The notes below the pieces were generated by a model. That model worked only from the letters and a program-made list of their open reading frames with translations. It was not told where the DNA came from and ran no database searches. Below are positions 45,301 through 58,800 of a DNA stretch of 64,000 nucleotides, piece by piece. This DNA comes from Candidatus Fermentibacteraceae bacterium (GTDB lineage Bacteria > Fermentibacterota > Fermentibacteria > Fermentibacterales > JCC-6): contig JAMOUX010000011.1 of the NCBI GenBank assembly GCA_027067855.1, positions 12,528 to 76,527 on the forward strand, in the 5' to 3' direction. Each line of letters opens with the position of its first letter. The stretch's first letter is position 1. The translations under genes were made by a program, and so were the position numbers.

Positions 45301-47962
45301 AGCCCGGCTCGTCTTCGCTGAACATGCCGTCGAGCCCGGTATCCTCGTCGCCGGAAAGCTCCCCGTCGTTGTTGAGGTCTTCAGTGTCCAGTTCCCCGTT
45401 GGCCCTGAGGACGATCCGTCCCGCCGTCCTCTCCGGCCAGTAGGAATCCTCGTCCATCCTCTCCCCCAGGTCCAGGTACAGGTTTCCGTTCAGCGCCGCG
45501 CCCGTGGCTCTCACGTAGAGACGTACGTGGGTCTTGTCGGTGAAATCGAGCCCGTACTTGTCGATGCACCTCTGCACTCCGCCCCAGGAGAATATTCCGG
45601 CCGCATCGTCAGGCTCGAAATACAACGTCAGGGTATTGTTCACCCAGTCGTCGGACTCCTGTTCCGTGGCGTAGGGTATTATCTGGCCCTGACGCCACTT
45701 CCTGTACGGGTTGAACCAGTTAACCGTTCCCGGCCGGCTCGTCGCAGGAAGCACGTCCATGGGAAGACCCGGACGGTGCCACGACGCCCTGGACTGTCCC
45801 AGCGGGAAGGATATCTCCGTACCCTCCATGTCATCCACGTAGGCCCTGCCCAGTTTGTTCGGCTCCGGGAAGCTGAAGGCCATCTCGCCCGACACCATGG
45901 CCCTGCTTCGGGATTCCGTGGTTATTCCCGGGATAAAGTTCACCGCGTCGGTGAGAAATTCGGGCCTGGCTTCCAGTCTCGCGTCCATGTCCGCCACGAA
46001 AGTCCTCGTGGATTCCTCGCCCACTTTCGGCCTGTCGCCGGGAGTGCTGGCGTCCTCGAACATGGCGGTGATCCCCACCCACGAACCGGAATCTATGCCG
46101 TACACGGCCCTGGTTCCGAAAAGGGTCTTCCTCTGGGACGCGAACAGCGGCAGGTACTCAAAGGTGACCTTCAGGGTGTTGTCGGGATTCTGAGCCGCCT
46201 GAGCCGCGTCGCCCATGAGGGTAAGGAGACCTATCTCGTAGATGATGGTATAGTCCACATCTCTGACCAGGGTCCTGGTCTGACCGGCCTCCGTCAGAAT
46301 AACCTTCTCGCTGCCCGGTATTATGCCCATCCTGCCCAGGGAATAGGTGGTGGACGCCGCCCTGTAGCTCACCGCTATGAAATACTTGCTGTCCACCGGG
46401 AGCGGGTTGTCATCATGATAAATCGCCGGGTTCCGCACTTTCAGTTTCGGATCGATGAACGGCCTGGTCCGGGGAAACACCAGGAACCCGTTGTCCCAGT
46501 CCACGGCATTCTCCTCGTCGAACAGGTTACCGTCCCCGTTGGTGTCCAGGCCCAGCAACCGGATGAAGGGAACCCCGTCCTGGGTGGGTACCGGGTCTTC
46601 TCCCGATCGTTGAAGGTATATATCGCAGTGAAAGGATTCCCTGACTATGTTGTCGGCTCCCAGGAAGTACCTGTTCCTGAGTTCGTAATTCCATGTAGGA
46701 TACTCTGACAGGGGATTGCTCTCCTTGATGAGTTTCAGGTTCCAGTCACCGCCCCCGGGAGGTATGCTGCCCATGGTATCGCCATGGGCGTTCACGGCCC
46801 ATATCGCCAGCATGTAGTTGTCGTCCACCGGGCTGTTGAAGCGTATAACCCTGGAGGAATCCTCAAGGACAAAGTCCAGATCCTGTCCCGGAAGCAGTTC
46901 GTCCCACCATCCCGTTCCGGTGAGAGAGGTCCCCTCCACGTACCATGCGGCTTCCACCGCCCCGGTCTCCTGGTTGTTGGTGCCGTCCAGGTCGTCCTGG
47001 AAAACCCTTATGGATACCAACGGAACCTGCTGCAAGGTATCCGGCAGTGTTACGAAGAAGTAGTTGTCGGCGGGATAAATATCCAGGATGGTGTCCTCCA
47101 CCATGGTCGCCTGGCCCACGAACTCCGCCGATTCGCTGGACCCGGCTTCCCTGCTTACGATGGTGGTTATCTCGACCGGTCCCACCTGCGCCAGGGCCTT
47201 GGCTCCGAACAGTCCCTTGCTTGGAATACTGTACGAAACGAACTCGGGACCGGTGATGGACAGGCTCACATCCCCCATCTCTATGCTCTGTATGACCTCG
47301 TCCTCGTAACCCTCGTACCTGAGACTCAGGGAACTCTGGGGGCCCACGCTCCTCCGGCTGTCGTGATCCACGTCCACGTGAATCTTCTCACCTATGGTGC
47401 CCTGCAGCTTCACCTGCAGTTCCTGCTCCATCTTAAGGTCGGGGAAAAGAGACCTGCTCTCTCCCTCCGAATGAACGGCATTGGGCCTGTAATGCGTTAT
47501 TCCCGAAAGGGTGATCTTCTGGTGCCCCGTTATGTCCAGCCGCCCGCCCTCTCCTATCGCGCCGGCCAAGGCCGGCGGCATGTCCAGTGGAAGATAAATG
47601 GTGGGGAGCAGGGAAGATCCGTCCCTGGAACTTCTCAGGCAGTTGTCACCGTTTACTTCCCTCCACTTCCGGAGAAGATTCCATTCGACGAACCTTCGGC
47701 GCAGGAAACGCAGGAACCCGGCACGCATGCCGGAAACCGGGTAATCTCCCACGGATATTCTCCAGGCCAGAACGTTATCGCCTACGAAGGGCTCAACCAG
47801 CTTCCAGACGCGGGACGGCGCGACCAGCATCCTGTTCCGGCAGCCGTCGTCCCAGAGGTAGGAGGGAACCGGTTCCGGCAGCCGTATACCGGCCGCTTCC
47901 ACCCCCGGAACCGGGACGAAAACCTGGACGGACAACGCGAGCAGCAGGAAAAAGATTTTCAT
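42362..47962 (-). CDS. Giant (1866 aa) secreted outer-membrane beta-barrel-like protein with Asp-rich Ca-binding-like loops (possibly SprA-like)
   Basis: Signal peptide MKIFFLLLALSVQVFVPVPGVEAAG. DxDxDG-type loops (DTNGDGNLFDEEN; DTEDLNNDGELSGDEDTGLDG; NLDTEDLNRNGVLDRSN). C-terminal third has alternating-hydrophobic beta strands and ends in ...NVWVMINF (C-terminal Phe, OMP signature). The family assignment is uncertain. Confidence 0.45.
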   Translation of the reverse strand: MKIFFLLLALSVQVFVPVPGVEAAGIRLPEPVPSYLWDDGCRNRMLVAPSRVWKLVEPFVGDNVLAWRISVGDYPVSGMRAGFLRFLRRRFVEWNLLRKWREVNGDNCLRSSRDGSSLLPTIYLPLDMPPALAGAIGEGGRLDITGHQKITLSGITHYRPNAVHSEGESRSLFPDLKMEQELQVKLQGTIGEKIHVDVDHDSRRSVGPQSSLSLRYEGYEDEVIQSIEMGDVSLSITGPEFVSYSIPSKGLFGAKALAQVGPVEITTIVSREAGSSESAEFVGQATMVEDTILDIYPADNYFFVTLPDTLQQVPLVSIRVFQDDLDGTNNQETGAVEAAWYVEGTSLTGTGWWDELLPGQDLDFVLEDSSRVIRFNSPVDDNYMLAIWAVNAHGDTMGSIPPGGGDWNLKLIKESNPLSEYPTWNYELRNRYFLGADNIVRESFHCDIYLQRSGEDPVPTQDGVPFIRLLGLDTNGDGNLFDEENAVDWDNGFLVFPRTRPFIDPKLKVRNPAIYHDDNPLPVDSKYFIAVSYRAASTTYSLGRMGIIPGSEKVILTEAGQTRTLVRDVDYTIIYEIGLLTLMGDAAQAAQNPDNTLKVTFEYLPLFASQRKTLFGTRAVYGIDSGSWVGITAMFEDASTPGDRPKVGEESTRTFVADMDARLEARPEFLTDAVNFIPGITTESRSRAMVSGEMAFSFPEPNKLGRAYVDDMEGTEISFPLGQSRASWHRPGLPMDVLPATSRPGTVNWFNPYRKWRQGQIIPYATEQESDDWVNNTLTLYFEPDDAAGIFSWGGVQRCIDKYGLDFTDKTHVRLYVRATGAALNGNLYLDLGERMDEDSYWPERTAGRIVLRANGELDTEDLNNDGELSGDEDTGLDGMFSEDEPGYDPVSNPDPDGDDYPSDPEQYHLLNGTERNGNLDTEDLNRNGVLDRSNSFFRIKVPLDDPEYVVTGPNEYGWMLLEIPLNDTALVSVPSIVHGAPTWEKVSYARIWMTGFTRGDTVEVYDLQVVGNRWEPGGVRLAEPVGIPVLPSELFTVSTVDNRNNPEYKNDPPPGVDPGKDEFGEPRLEQSVLLAAENIRGGHLGIAVQNFYNPGDYTGYGELAYLVHGDADVRGEIFYRMGTDSLNYYEVSTPIEKGWKEVTVDLDALVRLKVRKDREGLDYLREGDLVVMGNPNMASVMQLGLGLRNTSAASLDAVVWIDDIVLRRPLGGRGAAHRVSAALDLADFASIEGDYRSMDSEFHGLGKKAGQGYTSTEYSTGTTVRLDRFTPPLWGVYAPLSYSWNMRVSRPVFQSGSDVRLPENESALQQTRDTGWSTGFQLRKDGSSERWPARYFVDPFRFTYLYAANRGGSPMYMDTSSTADGSLSYTLNLRRMELFRLPVLEFFRLRPTSVSWSLGRRNTWDTRWNLADGDTVQTRALVSRTLSSGASLSFNPWKGFNASGSLGLVRDLFYPWKNGMGLQIGREISRNQVVSLSQEVNLFGYLLPRVSFDARYGQSRLAPHTGSGTDSLGLPEFSVTVSRRFNLRIGLVHTIRSLARLRDERLDEDAEPGSPRWFLVRLERWANMINDPVISYSETEGSEYRDMTFIPRWRYRFGLDPTLDDGIPWGRNKGWDLQISGGFRPVSSMSVRMEYKSSDNRSLYSSFWNDTRSRTWPSISVTISGLSRLAGLDKLFRTGSAGVGYSFENIESGRYEEGEYTPTTETGKTDWNPLFNLNVTLYNDVRISVSNNLGKTEMQSFTGTRTRTESRSNSLQLKVQYAFSAPGGIAIPLPILNRLRISFRSDLTTSLSITRNRTVAELFGAYRDGQLQSDREEWRLEPALNYDFGTVTAGLTGIYGWKKDGVNSLYDQRDVGLNVWVMINF

Positions 47963-48067
47963 ATGCTTATTCTATATTCTCCCGGACCCCGTGGTTCCCA
48001 CCCGGCGGCTGAAACTGAAGTACGCGGCCTGCGCGTTCTTCGGACGGCTTATTATAATGGTGGCTGT

Positions 48068-49441
48068 ATGAAAAAACTCCATGTCTACGTCGTGAAGGAG
48101 TTCATTCCCCCGTTCCTGTTGTCGGCGGGAATCTTCACCTTCGTCATGCTTCTGGACAAGTTGCTGGATCTCCTCGACCTCATAGTGAGCAAAGGGGTTC
48201 CGGTAAGGACCGTGGTCGAGGTCTTCCTGCTCCTGCTGCCGTCCATGGTGGCCGTGGTCGTACCCATGGGAGTACTGGCGGGGGTTCTCATGGCGGTCGG
48301 AAGGCTGGAATCCGACCTGGAAATCACGGCCATGAAGGCTTCGGGCATAAGTATATTCACCCTGGTACTTCCGCTGATGGCGGTTGCGGGCCTGCTGGCG
48401 GGATTGCTGGTCATTTTCAACAACCATGTGCTGCCGGACGCCAACCACATGGCCAAAAACCTCATCCTGGACATAGGATCCATGCACCCTTCGGCCAAGA
48501 TCACCCCGGGCATGTTCATCGACGATATCGAAAACTTCAGAATAATCGTGGAAGACAAGGACGACCTGACCGGCGAGCTGTACCACGTTGTCATACACGA
48601 ACGTATACCCGGCTCCGGAATCAGGACGATAACCGCCGTCAGGGGACGCATGGAGCCCCTGTCCGCCAACAGGTTCAGGCTTCTTCTCTTCCGGGGGCAG
48701 ATGCACGAACCCGACGCGGCGGGCGGCTACAGGAAACTGGATTTCGAAACCTACACCGTGGAAATAAGCAGACCCGAGGAATCCGTTCACAGGGACCGGG
48801 ACAACCGGGGCGACAGGGAACTTTCGGCGGCCCGGATGGCATCCATGGTGGATTCACTGGAAAAAGAGGCGGAGATACTGGGCGACTCCCTGGAACGTTC
48901 GGCCCGAAGCACCATCCTGGCCATCGCGGGAGACACGGTCCTCCCCTCGGGCCGAACCACATTCCTTCCTCCCGACACCGTCGACGCGAGAACCTGGTTC
49001 AACATTTCGAGGAACCACCTGGCCAGGCTGTCGGGCGATCTCAGGAACCTCGCCGACAGAAGGGCGTCGCTGATGCGTAACGCCAGCAGGTTCCGGGTGG
49101 AAATACACAAGAAGTACTCCATACCTTTCGCCTGCCTGGTCTTCGTGCTTCTCGGAGTGCCCCTGGGCCTCTCCACCAGGAAGGGCAACGCCGGCATAGC
49201 CCTGGGGGTCAGCCTCCTGGTGATACTGGTCTACTACATCTTCCTCATCGGCGGAGAGCACCTCGCAGACAGGAGGATCATCCCGCCGTTCCTTTCGATG
49301 TGGCTCCCGAATATCCTCCTCGGCGCCCTGGGGGTGTATCTCACGCTCAGGAGCCTCCACGAAGGCAACCCCGTGCCCGTTCGCAGGATCATCTCCGCCA
49401 TTCGCTCCCTGACCGGCCTTTTCAGGGGAGGATCCCGGTGA
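48068..49441 (+). CDS. lptF: LPS export ABC transporter permease LptF (YjgP/YjgQ family)
   Basis: MKKLHVYVVKEFIPPFLLSAGIFTFVMLL is typical of YjgP/YjgQ, with 6 TM helices and a periplasmic beta-jellyroll insert. It is the 3-prime part of track ORF 46784..49441, whose upstream part is antisense to the giant gene. Confidence 0.8.
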   Translation: MKKLHVYVVKEFIPPFLLSAGIFTFVMLLDKLLDLLDLIVSKGVPVRTVVEVFLLLLPSMVAVVVPMGVLAGVLMAVGRLESDLEITAMKASGISIFTLVLPLMAVAGLLAGLLVIFNNHVLPDANHMAKNLILDIGSMHPSAKITPGMFIDDIENFRIIVEDKDDLTGELYHVVIHERIPGSGIRTITAVRGRMEPLSANRFRLLLFRGQMHEPDAAGGYRKLDFETYTVEISRPEESVHRDRDNRGDRELSAARMASMVDSLEKEAEILGDSLERSARSTILAIAGDTVLPSGRTTFLPPDTVDARTWFNISRNHLARLSGDLRNLADRRASLMRNASRFRVEIHKKYSIPFACLVFVLLGVPLGLSTRKGNAGIALGVSLLVILVYYIFLIGGEHLADRRIIPPFLSMWLPNILLGALGVYLTLRSLHEGNPVPVRRIISAIRSLTGLFRGGSR

Positions 49442-50523
49442 AAAAGCTGGACCTGTACATCACCCTCCGTTTCATCAGGATGATAATCGTCTCCGTAGCC
49501 TCCTTCGTAGTGATCTTCGTCAGCGTCGACGCCTTCGACCATTTTTCCCGCTGGGTGGACAGGGACGTATCCGTGGGAACGTTCGCCAGGTATTACTTCT
49601 ACGGTCTGCCCTACATAGTGGTCCTGGTACTTCCCGTGGCCGTGCTTCTGAGTTCTCTTTTCCTGGTCTCCTCCCTTTCCAGGCACAATGAACTGGTGGC
49701 CATGCGTGCGGCGGGCATCAGCCTCACAAGGATATTCATGCCCCTCTTCGCGGTGGGAGCCCTGACCTCCGTTTTCGAGCTGGCCGTGGGGGATTTCGTC
49801 GTATCCAACGCCACCTACCTGCAATCCCAGGTGAAAAGGGTGGAAATAGACGGCAGGGAACCCGTCGACTACGGAAGAAGAAGCAATTTCGCCCACCGTT
49901 CTCCCGGCGGGGCCATCTTCGAAATCGGGTTTTTCGACGGCCGGGGGGAATACATGACGAACCTGACCGTGGAATGGCTGAACGACAGCGCCGGGGTAAC
50001 CAGGCGGCTCGACATGGACCGGATGGCCTGGAAGGATTCCGCCTGGGTGGGATACGGCGTGACCGAAAGAATCTTCGGACCATCCGGCGCGCTTTCCTAC
50101 GGTTTCCACGACTCGCTGCCCATTCACGGGATAAGGGAAACCCCCCTGGACTTCGGTTCCAGGCAAAAGTCGCCGGAGGAGATGAACTTCCTGGAACTCA
50201 GGAGATACATCGAAAGAGTCAGGCAGGCCGGAGGTGATCCGAGAGGCCTGTTGGTGGAATTCTATCTCAAGTTCTTCTTTCCCCTCTCCAACCTGATAAT
50301 GGTCATGGTGGGCGCTCCCCTCGCCCTGAGGAACCCGAGGAGCGGCAAGGCCACCAGCATCGGCCTCGCCATACTCCTGGCATTCCTCTTCTTCTCCTTG
50401 CTGAGGCTGGGCCAGACGCTCGGTCACAAGGGGGTGCTTCCCCCGCTCCCGGCCGCGGGAGTGGCGGACGCCGTTTTCGCCGCCCTGGGAATCTTCCTCC
50501 TGAGGAGAGCTTCCAAGGCCTGA
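49438..50523 (+). CDS. lptG: LPS export ABC transporter permease LptG (YjgP/YjgQ family)
   Basis: A GTG start overlaps the lptF stop (GGTGA). VKKLDLYITLRFIRMIIVSVASFVVIF is a YjgP/YjgQ signature. Confidence 0.8.
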   Translation: MKKLDLYITLRFIRMIIVSVASFVVIFVSVDAFDHFSRWVDRDVSVGTFARYYFYGLPYIVVLVLPVAVLLSSLFLVSSLSRHNELVAMRAAGISLTRIFMPLFAVGALTSVFELAVGDFVVSNATYLQSQVKRVEIDGREPVDYGRRSNFAHRSPGGAIFEIGFFDGRGEYMTNLTVEWLNDSAGVTRRLDMDRMAWKDSAWVGYGVTERIFGPSGALSYGFHDSLPIHGIRETPLDFGSRQKSPEEMNFLELRRYIERVRQAGGDPRGLLVEFYLKFFFPLSNLIMVMVGAPLALRNPRSGKATSIGLAILLAFLFFSLLRLGQTLGHKGVLPPLPAAGVADAVFAALGIFLLRRASKA

Positions 50524-50626
50524 CTTTCCGGGGATGCTTCCCCACTTGATGGAAACGAACCGGTCCAACCATATTCCAGGGCCGGTTTCAAGAGTGATTA
50601 AACCCGAACCAGAATCGAGGAACAAA

Positions 50627-51709
50627 ATGCCAGAACGCGTATTCAATTTTTACGCAGGTCCGGCCACCCTTCCCTATGATGTCATAAAGGAAGCGGCCAA
50701 GGGCGCTGTTAACTTCAGAAACTCGGGCATGTCCGTCATGGAGATTTCTCACCGTTCCCCCCTCTTCGACGAGATGTTCAAGCAGGCCCAGAAAGACATG
50801 CTGGAGGTGATGAATCTCTCTCAGGACGATTACGCTGTTCTCTTCCTGGGCGGAGGGGCCTCGACCCAGTTCTACACGGTACCCTTCAACTTTCTCAAGG
50901 AAGGAATGACCGCCGATTACGTGATCACCGGCGGCTGGGCCAAGAAAGCGCTCAAGGAAGCCAAGTATTTCGGAAACGCCAATATAGCCGCGTCCAGCGA
51001 AGACCGGAACTTCTGCTACGTTCCCAAAACCTTCCAGCTCACCCCCGGGGCCGCCTATGTGCACACCACCAGCAACAACACCCTCGTGGGAACCCAGATG
51101 AAGAATTTCCCGGAAACCGGTGACGTACCCCTGGTATGCGACATGTCTTCCGACTTCCTTTCGAGAAAGCTGGATTTCGACAGGTTCTCCCTCATCTATG
51201 CCGGCGCCCAGAAAAACATCGGCCCTTCCGGGGTCACCGCCGTGGTGATCAGGAGATCATGGGTCGAGTCGGCCCGGGAAGACGTGCCCACGATGCCGGC
51301 TTACAAGACCCACGTGGACAAGGATTCCCTTTTCAATACACCGCCTTCCTTCCCGGTGTACGTGGTGGGCCTGGTGCTGAAATGGATAATAGAACAGGGC
51401 GGACTGGAAGCGGTGGAAGCGGCCAACGACAAGAAGGCGGCCCTGCTTTATGACTACATGGACGACAATTCCGATTTCTACAGCGGCACCGCCGACAAGG
51501 ACAGCAGGTCCTTGATGAACGTGACCTTCAGGCTGCCCAGCGAAGACCTGGAGAAGAAATTCGTTGCGGAGAGCGCCGCGAAGAACCTCATAGGCCTCAA
51601 GGGACACAGGTCCGTGGGCGGTTGCAGGGCCTCGATCTACAATGCGATGCCCTACGAGGGTGTCGAAGCTCTCGTGGACTTCATGAAGGAATTCAAGCGG
51701 AATAACTAG
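50627..51709 (+). CDS. serC: Phosphoserine aminotransferase
   Basis: MPERVFNFYAGPATLPYDV..., PLP Lys region (IYAGAQKNIGPSGVT) and C-terminal GGCRASIYNAMP are classic SerC motifs. Start at the internal Met (50627); the track ORF starts at 50534. Confidence 0.9.
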   Translation: MPERVFNFYAGPATLPYDVIKEAAKGAVNFRNSGMSVMEISHRSPLFDEMFKQAQKDMLEVMNLSQDDYAVLFLGGGASTQFYTVPFNFLKEGMTADYVITGGWAKKALKEAKYFGNANIAASSEDRNFCYVPKTFQLTPGAAYVHTTSNNTLVGTQMKNFPETGDVPLVCDMSSDFLSRKLDFDRFSLIYAGAQKNIGPSGVTAVVIRRSWVESAREDVPTMPAYKTHVDKDSLFNTPPSFPVYVVGLVLKWIIEQGGLEAVEAANDKKAALLYDYMDDNSDFYSGTADKDSRSLMNVTFRLPSEDLEKKFVAESAAKNLIGLKGHRSVGGCRASIYNAMPYEGVEALVDFMKEFKRNN

Positions 51710-51726
51710 AAATCAACCTGTTGCGG

Positions 51727-55855
<4,129 letters not shown>

Positions 55856-58068
55856 GGCTTCCGTCGGTAGACCACGTCACCCGGCAGGATTCCAACGGGA
55901 TCGATATCCACCGACAGTATTCTTCCGGGAAAATCCCCGACCCCGGCCATGAACCTTCCTCCGCCCCTGTCGGAAAGCGAGTATCTCTTCCATCCGGTTT
56001 CGCGCCTGACCGCCACGGTTCTAAGGATGGATCCCAGGGGAAAATCGGGCCCCGGCTGAAACTGTTCCGGGTGCAACTCGAGTATTCCCGACTCCTCCGC
56101 CCAATCCACCCTAAGCACCGGCACTCCCGGGCGGTACATCCAGGAAAGGTACAGTTCACCATACCGGCCACTGCCGGAAATTCCCATGGCGGACAGCAGC
56201 CGCCCGAAAGAATCACCGGAATGTCTCAGGCTGGCCAACGCCCTGGGAACGGCCCTCTCGAAAGACGGTATCTCGGCTGAAAGAAATTCCAGGACCACCG
56301 GCCCCTTTCCCAGGACCACCGGTTCGTAGGAATCCGACGCTTCGAGAAACTGGTCCGCCAGGGCGTACTCCGTTCCGCCCGCAAGCTGGGTGGCATATAG
56401 GTAGTACTTCTCCAGCGCTTCCAGAAGCAGCTTCATCCGGTCAGCATCATCCCCGGCGGTGAATCTCAGGGTTGTCCATGCGGCAAGAGCATCGTCGAGA
56501 ACGGGTGAGAGGAACGTGCTGCGGGAAAGCAGCGCCTTGGCGGCTTCGAAAACCACCGCCGTTCCGGGAACTTCTTTTCCCGCGGCAATCGAGTCCGCCC
56601 ATTCATCCCTGTCATCGATGGCTTCCAGCATATCTTTCGAAATGAACAGGCAACCCGATCCACCGAGAAGCACCGGCATATCCAGAACGCTGACCAGCAC
56701 GATATCCAGCCTGGCTCCCTCAAAACCGATCACGTTCCACACGCTGCGCGCCAACTCATCGGCCACGGCAGCCAATTCTTCCGTCTCGTCCGGGGAGCCG
56801 GAGTACACCAGGACACCCGCCCCGGATGCCATGGGACGATACCCGAAATTCCCCACCGCCCAGGCCAGCGGCCCGGTGATTCCACCGTCCGGAGAAGCGA
56901 AGGATACCACCAGCACGGAATCCCTGAAAATCTTGTCCGTTTGCCGCATGGGTACATACACGTCGTAACCCGGTTCACGCGGAACGGCTACTTCGCAATC
57001 GTAAGACGCGGGAAAACCACACCCGGGGTAGAACCACATGCCGCACTGGAACGACATCGCCCGGTCCAGGCGCATGCCTCCGGTGATCATGGTATCCTTC
57101 CCCAAAGATGTGAAACCGTTCCAACTGCCGGAGTACACCCCCCGGAAAATCCTGTTCGAATCTCCCACGCACAGGATGGAATCTCCCAGATCCTCCATGG
57201 AACCGGCCAGCACCTGGAACCCGGTGCCTTCCTCGCCCCTGGGAAACATCATGGCCAGGCGGCTGTCCGCCTGGGTCGCACGGAAATCTATCTCCAGGGT
57301 GTCGAGCACGGTCATCCGCCTGAAGGAAGGGCACACGGCGAGGTACAGGTCGTGGTGAACCGAGGGCGGAGGGTCCACGTCGGCGTTCGCTTCGCTGACT
57401 ATCTCGTCCATGGACCGATCCGAAAGATAGACGGTTCTTGCCAGCCCTGAATCCGGCCCCGAGATCCGGGCCCTTCCCAGCAACCCGGAATATCTCGTCA
57501 GGAGAGTGTTCGAGGATACGTCTGCGGATCGCATCGAGAGCACCACCAGTTCGCCCCCGCCCCTGTTCCAGTCTCTCTCTGCGAAACAAGCCTCGTCGGT
57601 GTCGTAGACGATCGCGATAAAATTACCCGCGCCGCCGGGAGAAAACACCTTGATGGTGTCGGCGCTCCGGATTCCATCCTCCTCCAGGCTCTTCAGCCTT
57701 CCCGCGGCGCCTTCCCCTCCCCCTTCCGCCAGGAACGCCGACAACGTGACCGTCCCGTCCCGTGACTTCAAGACAAGCTCCACGTTGAAGCCGTTCCTTA
57801 CCACCAGGGAATCGCCGAATTCCTTCCCGGGGTACTCCAGCTCCACGTACACGCCTTTTCCGGCGTATAGATCCACCGTTTTGTCCGAGGAAACCGTTTC
57901 CCGCTTCATTTCTCCGCGACAGGAGACCGCAACGATCAAAAAGCAGGCGTACACGGCTGCAGTCAGGCGGATATTCAATGTCACCTCCCGGGGAATCGAT
58001 TATATATGCCAATACGGTGACGTCCTGCAAAGCCTCGGGCGGAAAGAATCGAAACCGTCGACGAGGCC

Positions 58069-58800
58069 GTGGCGTGCTTGCAAAATTCCGAAAAACGCGT
58101 GAGGTGCCATATGTACTTCTTGCCCGGAAACATAATGCTGGCGGAGCACATCATGAAGGATTACGCCTTCACCGGTTTTTTCGCCATCGCATCGTTTCTT
58201 CTATTCATATTCCTGCATCTTCTGGGATCCAGGCTTTTCGTAATGGCCCGGGAATCGGGGAACGTGGGGCCGAAACTCTTCGTGGGCATAATGCTCTTCC
58301 TCGGCGTGGCCGGAACGGTAATGAGCTGTTTCGTACACAACCGGGAGGCCTCGCTGCTCCTGGGGTTCCTCTCGGGCCTCCTGTTATGGACCGCGATTCT
58401 CGATATCCCCCAACAACTCGGCTGGATATCCCTGGCCGACCGCTGGGTGCCCTTCGCTTTCGTAGGATTGGCCGCCCTTTGGGTGACCGGAATGTTTTTC
58501 TACAGCTATCTTCCTTCCGCCCTCTTCGGTATGACCGGCTATTTCACGGTGGTATGGGGAATCGAACTGGCAAGGTTCAAAATCATATCCAAATGGGGAC
58601 CATCCTCCCCGGCCGCATCCGCCATGATACTGGTCACCGCCGCCGTGGCGGGCGGAGCCCTGGCGCTGGGCACGGTTCACGGCACCATCTTCTCAGGAAT
58701 AATAGGAGGAGTGCTGTTCGCGGTGTCCATCTGGTCCTCCCTGGAAATAATCTGGGAGAGAGGCATGGCACAGAAGCCGTGGAGCGGCTTTAAAAAATGA
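58069..58800 (+). CDS. Hypothetical polytopic membrane protein
   Basis: Five to six hydrophobic helices. The start may be an internal Met (MLAEHIMKDY). Confidence 0.4.
   Translation: MACLQNSEKRVRCHMYFLPGNIMLAEHIMKDYAFTGFFAIASFLLFIFLHLLGSRLFVMARESGNVGPKLFVGIMLFLGVAGTVMSCFVHNREASLLLGFLSGLLLWTAILDIPQQLGWISLADRWVPFAFVGLAALWVTGMFFYSYLPSALFGMTGYFTVVWGIELARFKIISKWGPSSPAASAMILVTAAVAGGALALGTVHGTIFSGIIGGVLFAVSIWSSLEIIWERGMAQKPWSGFKK

Noticed and set aside
47963-48067. TATAAT hexamer 10 nt upstream of the lptF start as a sigma70 -10 box
   Set aside because: No acceptable -35 hexamer lies at 16-18 nt spacing, and the implied 5-prime UTR would be only 3-4 nt. The call is left open.
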